Assembly: GCA_964447285.1 (NCBI GenBank)
Contig: CAYURO010000018.1
Location: 20,522-84,521, forward strand
Reading direction: 5' to 3'
From: an uncultured Enterobacteriaceae bacterium
GTDB taxonomy: Bacteria; Myxococcota_A; UBA9042
DNA: 64,000 nt
The notes below the pieces were generated by a model that saw only the letters and a list, made by a program, of their open reading frames with translations, made no database searches and had not been told where the DNA came from. The position numbers and the translations under genes are program-made. Below, piece by piece: positions 38,703 to 46,955 of the stretch; the first letter of the stretch is position 1, and every line of letters begins with the position of its first letter.

Positions 38703-39440
38703 TCACTCGTCCGAGTCGACGCGCATCGGCTCTTGTTCCTCGGTCTGGGCCTGACTGTCGTTGCGCTGCGTCCAGACGTCATGCGTTTGGGTGGCGTCGC
38801 CGTCGATGGGAATCGTCGGACCCAGAAACCGCGCCTGCGTGTTCAGGATCTTCACGTCGAGCCACGCCTTGACCCGTGCCCCGGTCTCGCGCACCGCGTC
38901 GAAGGTGCGCTTGGCGTACACGCGCCGGTCGGCGGCAAGCCCCACCGCCTGGATCCCGGCCTGTTGCGCAAGATAAAGCGACCGCGGCAGATGGAAGGTC
39001 TGGGTGCACACGACTGCCCGCCGTACCAGAAACACCCGCGCCGCCCGCTGCATGGTGTCAAGCGTTCGCAACCCGGCGTGGTCCATGAAGATCGATTCGG
39101 ACGGCACGCCTTGGGCCAGTAGCCAGCGCCGCATCGCATTCGGCTCGTCGTACTTGGGGCCGTGGTGGTCACCCGACACGAGGATCCGCTGCACCTTGCC
39201 CGCCCGGAACAGGTCCAGCGCGGCGTGCAGGCGGTCTTGCAGCGCGAGCGATGGCGAGCCGTCGGGGCGGACGTGGGCGCCCGGGACAATCGCGACCGAG
39301 AAGTCCGGCACGTCTGCGGGGTTGCGATAGGTCACCCCAGCGCCGGCTTGTTGCACCGTCCGGTTCAGGGCGTAGGTCACCGCGATGACGACGGCGAGGA
39401 CCAACAGTGGGAGCAACATCATGCGTAGGCGTCTGGGCAT
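38703..39440 (-). CDS. SanA/YdcF (DUF218) family envelope protein
   Basis: N-terminal transmembrane segment. Conserved DUF218 blocks AIVPGAHV...RILVSGDHHGPKYDEPNAMRRWLLAQGVP...IFMDHAGLRTLDT. Confidence 0.7.
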   Translation of the reverse strand: MPRRLRMMLLPLLVLAVVIAVTYALNRTVQQAGAGVTYRNPADVPDFSVAIVPGAHVRPDGSPSLALQDRLHAALDLFRAGKVQRILVSGDHHGPKYDEPNAMRRWLLAQGVPSESIFMDHAGLRTLDTMQRAARVFLVRRAVVCTQTFHLPRSLYLAQQAGIQAVGLAADRRVYAKRTFDAVRETGARVKAWLDVKILNTQARFLGPTIPIDGDATQTHDVWTQRNDSQAQTEEQEPMRVDSDE

Positions 39441-39455
39441 GGGGTGGCTGGGCGG

Positions 39456-41738
39456 CTAGAGCGCCTTCGTGCACAGCGGCGTCTCGAGTGCGCCCATCTT
39501 GGCCGATACGATTGTGCGCGCCGAGATCGCGAACACGTAGTCGCCGAGGAAGACGCTGCGCTTGACCTCACTGGTGGAGAACATCCATGGGTCGGCGCAT
39601 CCCTTTGCGTACACCTCGTCGTTCGGGGTCACGAGCGGCAGGCCCCCGAGCTTCTGAAAGCCGTTGAAGGCCGTCACGTCGTACACGTACAGGCCGCTGA
39701 ACTCGAGGGGGTGTGTGGGTATGCCGGGGGTCGTGGCTCCGCACACGGTGGCTGGCAGCCCCAACCAGTGTCGGTTGCCGTCCCAGTTGAACGCCAGGTG
39801 GTCCGTGGCCGCCGCCGACGAGGACCCCTGAGTGCCGATGACTTCCGAGTGAAGCAGCTTGGGATTCGCGGGGGTAGCCACATCCACCAGCTGCAGTCGC
39901 AGGGCCGACCAACTCACCTGGCCAGCCGCGGCATCCGAGACTTCGAAGCCGAGCGTCAGCAACGTCCTTGGCGCGATGAACTGCATGTACGTGGCGAACC
40001 CCGGGACCTTCAGCTGCCCCACTTCTTTGGGGTGGGTCTTGTCCGTCAGATCGATCACCAGCAGCGGCGCGGTCTTGTCCGCCGTCGACAGGTAGGCGGT
40101 CTTGTCGTCGAACCGCACGGAGCGGATGTCCTGACCCTTCACCAGCCCCGTCAGCGCGCCGACGGTGGCCAGCAGGTCGTTCCCCGCCTGTTCCATGACG
40201 TACAGGTGATTCTCGACTGCGGGGGCGGGCATCTTGCCCAGCGTGGTGGCAAGGCGGAGGTTGTCGCCGGACTCGCTCATCGAGAACTCATTCAGCACCA
40301 GACCTTTCACGACGCCGGAACCCATGTAAGTCGTCGTCACGCCGGTCGCCGGAAGGCTGAAGCGGTGGAGGCTGGTGGCATGTTGACTCGCATCGCCCTC
40401 CCAGTACCAACTCTCGTTCGGCTGCCGATAGTGCCGCTGGGCGATGTAGATCGACTTGGCCGTGGCGTAGACCGCACCCGGGCGGCCCAGCACCGTGCGC
40501 ATCGACAGCGGCTCGTCGTTGGTCAGGTCGAAAGACAGCAGGCCGATCAGGTTCTGGCCATCGCCCTCTTGCCCCAAGAGGAAGCCTCCACAGTCCCCGA
40601 ATAGCGCGGCGTCTGTCTTCGGCGTGCCGACCAAGTCGCGTTGGTCGATGACGGACGGAAACAAGCCGGTCAGGTCCAACTGCTGGATCACCTTCTCGTT
40701 CTTGGCCTTCAACAGCTCGTAGGCTTCGGCCACCTGATGGGCAGAGTAGGGGTAGACCGCGCCGCTCGAGCTGCACGCCTCTTCCCACGGCAGCAGCTGC
40801 TTGGGCCGCATGTCGTACTTGTCGGCCGCGAGCTGCGGAAACACCACGACCGTATGCACCACGTTGCCGATCAGACGGGCAGACAGAAACGTGCCCGTGA
40901 TGCCGGTCTTGCGCACCGGAACCGGAGCTTTGCGATTGGTGATGTCCAGCACGGTGATGTCGAGCGAGTAGGCGTCGCCCGTGAAGTCGCAGTCGTAGCC
41001 GTAGGTGCACGCATCAGTGCCGTCCTGCCACCCGCCACCGGCGTCCATGCCCGCGTTGGGACTCAGCAATTGCAGCGGGTACTTGGACTCGAAGACGACC
41101 GCGTAGTCGCCCTGGACAAACAGGCGGCGCGGGATTCCGTCGAACGCGTGGGAACCGACCTCCTGAATGTCGGCGGGCGAGGACACGTCGAAGATCCGCA
41201 GCTTCTTGTCGGCCAATAGATACAGGTACTTGTCGTCGTACTTCAGGAAATCGGCTTCTTCGACTTGGGGCGGCCCCGCAGCGGCAGCCTGCTCGCCATT
41301 CGCGGGTGAGTCGTTGATGTCCGATTTCGGTGTGTCGAGGGTGTCGCCTGTCCCGGACATCGTCTCGCCCGCCTGCGCATCGACCGGGGATCCGCCGCCG
41401 TCGGTCCCCCATCGCGACCCGCAGCCAAGCTCCGCCTGCCAGAGCGCGCGTTGCTTCTGCACCTCGACTTCAGCAGCCATGGTCGTCACGATGCGGTCCC
41501 GGACGGTGTCCATCACTTCGCCGCACCCCTTGGCTTCCACCAGACGCGCCAGCGTTTCGCCGTACGTAGGTGTGTGGGGCGGGGGCGTCCAGACGTAGCC
41601 GGTGGTGTCCCCAACGGCGTCGCCGGACATGAAGACGCGGCGAGTCTCGTCCTTGCAACCTGTGGCGAGCACGGCAGCAAACAGGAACAGCAGCCCGGTG
41701 GAGCGCAGGACGGCAGAGCGAAACCGGCGGCGGGGCAT
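39456..41738 (-). CDS. Secreted lipoprotein with a beta-propeller domain (PF09826-like)
   Basis: Lipobox LATGC. Conserved C-terminal block IRSVRFDDKTAYLSTADKTAPLLVIDLTDKTHPKEVGQLKVPGFATYMQFIAP matches the beta-propeller domain family found in secreted archaeal and bacterial proteins. Confidence 0.6.
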   Translation of the reverse strand: MPRRRFRSAVLRSTGLLFLFAAVLATGCKDETRRVFMSGDAVGDTTGYVWTPPPHTPTYGETLARLVEAKGCGEVMDTVRDRIVTTMAAEVEVQKQRALWQAELGCGSRWGTDGGGSPVDAQAGETMSGTGDTLDTPKSDINDSPANGEQAAAAGPPQVEEADFLKYDDKYLYLLADKKLRIFDVSSPADIQEVGSHAFDGIPRRLFVQGDYAVVFESKYPLQLLSPNAGMDAGGGWQDGTDACTYGYDCDFTGDAYSLDITVLDITNRKAPVPVRKTGITGTFLSARLIGNVVHTVVVFPQLAADKYDMRPKQLLPWEEACSSSGAVYPYSAHQVAEAYELLKAKNEKVIQQLDLTGLFPSVIDQRDLVGTPKTDAALFGDCGGFLLGQEGDGQNLIGLLSFDLTNDEPLSMRTVLGRPGAVYATAKSIYIAQRHYRQPNESWYWEGDASQHATSLHRFSLPATGVTTTYMGSGVVKGLVLNEFSMSESGDNLRLATTLGKMPAPAVENHLYVMEQAGNDLLATVGALTGLVKGQDIRSVRFDDKTAYLSTADKTAPLLVIDLTDKTHPKEVGQLKVPGFATYMQFIAPRTLLTLGFEVSDAAAGQVSWSALRLQLVDVATPANPKLLHSEVIGTQGSSSAAATDHLAFNWDGNRHWLGLPATVCGATTPGIPTHPLEFSGLYVYDVTAFNGFQKLGGLPLVTPNDEVYAKGCADPWMFSTSEVKRSVFLGDYVFAISARTIVSAKMGALETPLCTKAL

Positions 41739-41834
41739 TGCAAACCTCCTCGACAACACGTCCATCCTGCGCCATGAACGGACCTACGCCAAGCAGTTCT
41801 GGGGCCGCTGGACCCCGACCGAGAGGCTGCACCG

Positions 41835-42800
41835 ATGACCGACCTGTTCGCCGAAGTCGTCCACACCAGCCGCGGGTACTTGCGCGATTCGCTGGGTCAC
41901 GCAGGCCACGCGCTGGGACTGTGGCGGGAGCTGTTGGAGCCGATCGGGCTTGCTCAACTCGCCGAACGCATGAGTATTTCTCCGCAGCGGTTGCGTCCCG
42001 TGCTGGAGGCGATGCGCCTGCAGGGGTGGGCGGAGACAGACGAGCGCGAGGCTTGGCACCTGGCCGGAACTACACCTGATGATACGGAAGTGCTGAAGCT
42101 AGGTTGGGGTAGGTTATGTGATGTGTTGCATGATGATCGACCTCTTGACCCGTTCATCGGTCTCGACGTCCGCGACGCCAAGCTGGCTTGGCACGCCCAT
42201 CAGGCGCGCGTGCACGCGGACCCGGCAGCCGAGCTTGCCAATGCGCTGAAGTCTATGCATCCGTTGCGGATTCTGGACGCAGGGGGCGGCTCTGGGGTGT
42301 GGTCGTGCGCGCTGCTGCGGGTCTGCCCAGAGGCTCGCGTGACGATCATCGACGACGCGGAGACACTGAAGGTCGCGGCGGCGCACCTGGACCAGGCGGA
42401 CAAGGCGGGTGCGCCCGGACTGCGCGAGAGGACGACCTTGCACGCGGCGGACCTGCGTCACGACGTGGGGTTGCGCGACTTCGACCTCGTCGTGCTGGCC
42501 CACGTGCTGCACCTGCTGGGGCCGGCAGAGGCGGCGGCTGTGGTGCAGACGTGCGCGCAGACCCTGCGCCCGGGCGGGCTGCTGGTCCTGATCGACTTGG
42601 CACTGGACGCCGACCGACGCGGACCTGAGACAGCGCTGTGGTTCGCGGTCGACATGGCGCTTTACACCCCAGCGGGTCGCGTGTACGAAGTTGGTGAACT
42701 TGAACAGTTCCTTAATGATAGTGACATAAAAGTGATCCAACACATTAGATTGACGTCGGCCCCCGAGACCTGCGTCCTGCTGGCACGGCGACCTGGGTGA
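41835..42800 (+). CDS. Class-I SAM-dependent O-methyltransferase with an N-terminal winged-helix/dimerisation domain (small-molecule OMT type)
   Basis: SAM motif I ILDAGGGSGVWSCALL. Acidic motif II IIDDAE. Motif III LVVLAHVLH. Layout is that of plant and Streptomyces O-methyltransferases. Confidence 0.75.
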   Translation: MTDLFAEVVHTSRGYLRDSLGHAGHALGLWRELLEPIGLAQLAERMSISPQRLRPVLEAMRLQGWAETDEREAWHLAGTTPDDTEVLKLGWGRLCDVLHDDRPLDPFIGLDVRDAKLAWHAHQARVHADPAAELANALKSMHPLRILDAGGGSGVWSCALLRVCPEARVTIIDDAETLKVAAAHLDQADKAGAPGLRERTTLHAADLRHDVGLRDFDLVVLAHVLHLLGPAEAAAVVQTCAQTLRPGGLLVLIDLALDADRRGPETALWFAVDMALYTPAGRVYEVGELEQFLNDSDIKVIQHIRLTSAPETCVLLARRPG

Positions 42801-43601
42801 TCAGCGCATGGGGCGCAGCGCGGTCGTGCCATCGGCTGGCGCGGGCTCGAAGCGCAGATCCAGCGACGCGCGCACTAGGTCTCGCGACATGTTCGACCAC
42901 GCGCAGTGCACCGTCCGCGCCTCGAACAACACCACGTCGCCTGCCCGCACCGCTTGGGTGGCCCAGCGCAGGTTCGGGTCGCTCAGGTCCAGATCGATCC
43001 CGGTCCATGCATCCACGTGCGGCCAGTCGCGGCGGTGGGATCCGGGAACAATCCCCAAGGGTCCCAATGGGATCGACGTGTCGACGACCGGCACCCACGC
43101 GGTCCACAGCCCAGGCGTTTGCGGCAGGTAGAACGCGTCCTGGTGCGGCCGGGTGGTCTGCGACGGACTGCCGGGAAGCTTCAGCCAGCAGTAGCTCGCC
43201 GTCGCCAACCACATCGCTTGAATTGCCACGATGGCGATGACGTCAACGAGCGCCGGGTGTTGGGCCACCGCCAGAAACTCAGGCGCCGTACGCAAGAGTC
43301 GTTGCAGGTCGACGAAGCGCGGGTCGTCCCAGCCGCGACCCTCCAGCCGTGCGCCGGGGACAGCGCGCAGCACCTCCGCGTCGGCAGTCCGTTGCAACAA
43401 GCCGCAGTTGCAGGCGAAGTCGTGCACCACCTGGCGCAGGGCCGTCAGCGTCGCGAGGTCGATCAAACCGGGAAGGTAGAGATAGCCGTCGTCATGCGCC
43501 AACTCGCGAAGGGCTTGCGGATCATGCAGTTGTGTACGTGCATCGCGGAACGGCTGGGTCCGAAAGGTATGGGGCTCCAGCGGCTGGCTCAGGTCGACCA
43601 A
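42801..43601 (-). CDS. Phytanoyl-CoA dioxygenase (PhyH) family Fe(II)/2-oxoglutarate-dependent oxygenase
   Basis: HxD motif HQDAFY. Distal His IVPGSHRRDW. 2-oxoglutarate-binding region GDVVLFEARTVHCAWSN. Confidence 0.8.
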   Translation of the reverse strand: MVDLSQPLEPHTFRTQPFRDARTQLHDPQALRELAHDDGYLYLPGLIDLATLTALRQVVHDFACNCGLLQRTADAEVLRAVPGARLEGRGWDDPRFVDLQRLLRTAPEFLAVAQHPALVDVIAIVAIQAMWLATASYCWLKLPGSPSQTTRPHQDAFYLPQTPGLWTAWVPVVDTSIPLGPLGIVPGSHRRDWPHVDAWTGIDLDLSDPNLRWATQAVRAGDVVLFEARTVHCAWSNMSRDLVRASLDLRFEPAPADGTTALRPMR

Positions 43602-43608
43602 TGTCCCC

Positions 43609-44373
43609 TCACGTGCGTGCGACCATCAGGCGGTCGGCAAGCTCGAGCCAGCCGCCAGCACCGGACTCGACGGTGATCCAAGCGGGAGGCTGGTCGATGA
43701 CGGACAGCTGGGCTGTGACGTCGGCCGTCCCCACCGCCAGACCGAACCGACCTGTCTGCCACAGCCCCACGTCGTTGGGCGAGTCGCCGATCGTTGCGAT
43801 CTCGTGCGGAGCAACGCCGCGACGTCGCGCAAGTTCAAGCACTGCAAGGCCTTTGTCCGGATCATGGTCCGACAAGTGCAGGTGGACCGACGACCACACC
43901 AGCCACACCCCGAGCCGTCGGGCCACCGCGCGCAACCCGTCCAGCTCCGTGTCGGTCCGCCCCTCTCGCAGCCACGCCACGTCGCCGACGCGGCAGAAAC
44001 GGTCGGGCGACAGCGTCCACGGGCGCCCCAAGTGCCCGAGTTCCTTGGCCGCTTCGTACAGCCGATCGAGGTCGGGCGGGGGGGTCAAGGCCTCGACGGG
44101 AAGGTCGGGGGTGACCAGCGTGGCGCCGTTCTCTGCGATGGCCTCTCGGATGCCGGGCAAGTATCGGGCCAGCCCCAACGTCTCGCCGGCGGGACGACCG
44201 GTGACCGGCAGCACTTCGACACCCGCTCGGCTGAGCCGACGGAACTCGATCAGGACGTCCGGGGGGATGCGGCCGCCGTGGGTCAGGGTGCCGTCGATGT
44301 CGGTGGCGAGCAGACGGATGCCCGCAAGCGTCGCCGACGGGACGGTCGATAAGGGAGCAGGGGCCTTGCGCAT
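43609..44373 (-). CDS. HAD-superfamily hydrolase (Cof/HAD-IIB-like)
   Basis: Motif I LLATDIDGTLT. Motif IV GDSPND. Start set at the internal Met (the ORF extends to 44466). The stop lies 7 bp before the PhyH start, so the two are probably co-transcribed. Confidence 0.7.
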   Translation of the reverse strand: MRKAPAPLSTVPSATLAGIRLLATDIDGTLTHGGRIPPDVLIEFRRLSRAGVEVLPVTGRPAGETLGLARYLPGIREAIAENGATLVTPDLPVEALTPPPDLDRLYEAAKELGHLGRPWTLSPDRFCRVGDVAWLREGRTDTELDGLRAVARRLGVWLVWSSVHLHLSDHDPDKGLAVLELARRRGVAPHEIATIGDSPNDVGLWQTGRFGLAVGTADVTAQLSVIDQPPAWITVESGAGGWLELADRLMVART

Positions 44374-44735
44374 CGCATCTCCGACCGGGGGGAGGGCGGG
44401 TCGGAGCTTGGCACACGCCGGCCGGGTGGCCAAGCGAAACGGCGTGTGCGGGTGCGCCAACCCCACGGCAAGGATGCGACCGCAGCCGTAGACGCCCGCG
44501 GCTCCGCTTCCTACAATCTCGCGCTTCGGCGACGGCCCGGGTCAGCATGTCTCGTGGAGTCTCGCCGCGCACTCGGTCGCTGAGGACGAGCCGAGCACCG
44601 CGCTGCGGGCAGCGGCAGCGAACGAAGGTGGCCGCACCCACAGCCGGCGGGATGGCGATTTTCTGGCCACGTGCAGCGATTCGCGTTTGACTGTCATCCC
44701 CAAGAACGCTCCTCAGTGGAGCAGCGAGAACCGTC

Positions 44736-45692
44736 ATGAACCACGACCGCTCTGCCACCCCCGTGCTCGTCGCGATGGGCGGCAATTCGCTCCTTGACCC
44801 GGCCAAGCCGCCGACCGTCGACAACCAGTTCGCCGTGACGGCCGCCGCCATCGTCCCCGTGGCCGACTTGATCCAGCGCGGCGTCCACGTTGTCCTGACC
44901 CACGGCAACGGCCCGCAGGTCGGCTTCATGCTCCTGCGCTCGGACGCCGCGCGTCAGGTGGTGCACCAGGTGCCGCTCGACTCGCTGGTTGCCGACTCGC
45001 AGGGCGCCATCGGCTACATGATCCAGCGACTGCTGCGCGACGAACTGACGAAGCGGGGCATCGACCACACGCCGATCAGCATCGTGACGCAGGTCGAGGT
45101 CGACCCGAACGACAAGGCGTTCCAGAAGCCCACCAAGCCGATCGGCAAGTTCTACTCGGCCGAAGAGGCAGAGGATTTCAAGCGCAACGCCGGTTGGGAC
45201 ATGGTCGAGGACTCGCGTCGCGGCTACCGTCGGGTGGTCAGCTCGCCCTCGCCTGTCAGCATCCTCGAGCTCGGCGCCATCAAGATGCTGGTCGAGAACG
45301 GTGCCACCGTGATCGCGTGTGGCGGCGGCGGCATCCCGGTCAAGCGCACGCCCGACGGCTGGCGCGGGGTCGAGGCCGTCATCGACAAGGACCGGGCCAG
45401 CGCGCTGCTGGCGGCGGCGTTGGGCGTCAAGCGTTTCTTCATCACCACGGGAGTCGATGCGGTCTACGTCGACTACCAGACCGATCACCGTCGCGCGCTG
45501 CATCAAGTCACGATTGCAGAGTTGCGGCGGCTGGAAGCCGAGGGCCAGTTCCCCCCTGGCAGCATGGGCCCCAAGGTAGAGGCGGCCATGGACTTTCTCG
45601 AGAACGGCGGCGAGGAAGTGATCATCTGCACCCCCGAGGCGCTTGCCGACGCCTACGACGGTCGCGCGGGCACCCGCGTCACGAAGGATTGA
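44736..45692 (+). CDS. Carbamate kinase
   Basis: LVAMGGNSL, VLTHGNGPQVG and CGGGGIPV are carbamate-kinase (ArcC/YqeA-type) hallmarks. 318 aa. Confidence 0.85.
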   Translation: MNHDRSATPVLVAMGGNSLLDPAKPPTVDNQFAVTAAAIVPVADLIQRGVHVVLTHGNGPQVGFMLLRSDAARQVVHQVPLDSLVADSQGAIGYMIQRLLRDELTKRGIDHTPISIVTQVEVDPNDKAFQKPTKPIGKFYSAEEAEDFKRNAGWDMVEDSRRGYRRVVSSPSPVSILELGAIKMLVENGATVIACGGGGIPVKRTPDGWRGVEAVIDKDRASALLAAALGVKRFFITTGVDAVYVDYQTDHRRALHQVTIAELRRLEAEGQFPPGSMGPKVEAAMDFLENGGEEVIICTPEALADAYDGRAGTRVTKD

Positions 45693-45697
45693 ACACC

Positions 45698-46837
45698 ATG
45701 ACGAACCCCCTCCACGGCCTGGATGCGCAGGCTTTGAACGCACTTTACGGCCGCAGCCTGTCCATCACCCAGGACTGGACCACCGGCGAGATCGAGCAGC
45801 TGCTTGGCGTCGCCGCCCGCTTCCACGAGCTGGACCGCTCGGGCAAGCAGATGGATCTGCTGCCGAACGAGCTGGCCTACGCGATGTTCTTCGACAACTC
45901 GACCCGCACCAAGTCGGCGTGGGCCGGTGCCGCCACGCGTCTGGGCATGATGCCCGTCATCGTTGACGGCTCGTCCACCCAGGTCGCTCACGGCGAGACC
46001 GCGGAAGAGACCGGCGCCATGCTCGGCATGAACGCGCACGCACTGGGCGTTCGCCATGACTTGATCCTCGGCGAAGGCAACCTGTTCATGCGCGACGTGC
46101 TGAAGGGCATCACCGACTATCTTGTGGCGACCAAGAATCCGCGCAAGGTGCCGCTGGTCAACCTGCAGTGCGACATCGACCACCCGACCCAGGTGCTGGC
46201 CGACCTGCTGTGGCTGCGCGAGAACTTCGGCAACGACGGCCTGAAGGGCAAGAAGGTCGCGGTGTCGTGGGCCTATTCGCCCAGCTATGCCAAGCCGCTG
46301 TCGGTGCCGCAGGGCCTGATCATGCTGCTGACCCGCTATGGCGCGGACATCACGCTGGCGCACCCCGAGGGCTACGACCTGCTGCCCGACACGATTGCCG
46401 CGGCGAAGAAGAACGCCCAGGAGTCCGGCGGTCAGTTCAACGTCACGCACTCGATGGATCAGGCCTTCGAGGGCGCGATCGCGGTGTACCCGAAGAGCTG
46501 GGGCCCGCAGGCGCTGATGTTTGAGCGCGTGGCCGCCAACAAGCGCCGCGACACCAAGGCGATGGGCGACATCGAGCAGCGCGCGCTGGCGATGAATGCG
46601 ACCCACAAGGACTGGATCTGCGACGAGCATCGCATGGCCAAGACCGCCGGTGGCAAGGCCCTGTATCTGCACTGCCTGCCTGCCGACATCGGCGCCGAGG
46701 TCTCGCCCGGCATCATGGACCTGCACCGCGTGAACGTGGCCAAGGAAGCCCAGTGGAAGGTCTATGTGATCATGGCGATGCTGGCCATCGGCAAGGTCCC
46801 GGATCTGGCCAACCGTCTGGCTGCCCTGGGCCGCTAG
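45698..46837 (+). CDS. YgeW-like (knotted) carbamoyltransferase, catabolic transcarbamylase type
   Basis: Carbamoyl-phosphate-binding STRTK motif (FFDNSTRTKSAW). HCLP motif (LYLHCLPAD). About 379 aa with extended C-terminus, as in YgeW / oxamate carbamoyltransferase rather than ArgF. Confidence 0.75.
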   Translation: MTNPLHGLDAQALNALYGRSLSITQDWTTGEIEQLLGVAARFHELDRSGKQMDLLPNELAYAMFFDNSTRTKSAWAGAATRLGMMPVIVDGSSTQVAHGETAEETGAMLGMNAHALGVRHDLILGEGNLFMRDVLKGITDYLVATKNPRKVPLVNLQCDIDHPTQVLADLLWLRENFGNDGLKGKKVAVSWAYSPSYAKPLSVPQGLIMLLTRYGADITLAHPEGYDLLPDTIAAAKKNAQESGGQFNVTHSMDQAFEGAIAVYPKSWGPQALMFERVAANKRRDTKAMGDIEQRALAMNATHKDWICDEHRMAKTAGGKALYLHCLPADIGAEVSPGIMDLHRVNVAKEAQWKVYVIMAMLAIGKVPDLANRLAALGR

Positions 46838-46955
46838 TTCGTTCTTTCGGGGCTGCCGCCCGCGCCGGGCAAGATCTGGGCGCGGGCGGCAGTCCCTTGT
46901 TTCCGTGAGCGTTTCTTCATTCCGCCCGCCCCCCCGTGGCCGGCAGAGGTTCATC

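Noticed and set aside
45194-45697. 547-aa ORF 45194..46837 as a single long gene
   Set aside because: Its first 168 codons overlap the carbamate kinase gene out of frame, which has clear carbamate-kinase motifs. Transcarbamylase homology (STRTK) begins only after the internal Met at 45698.
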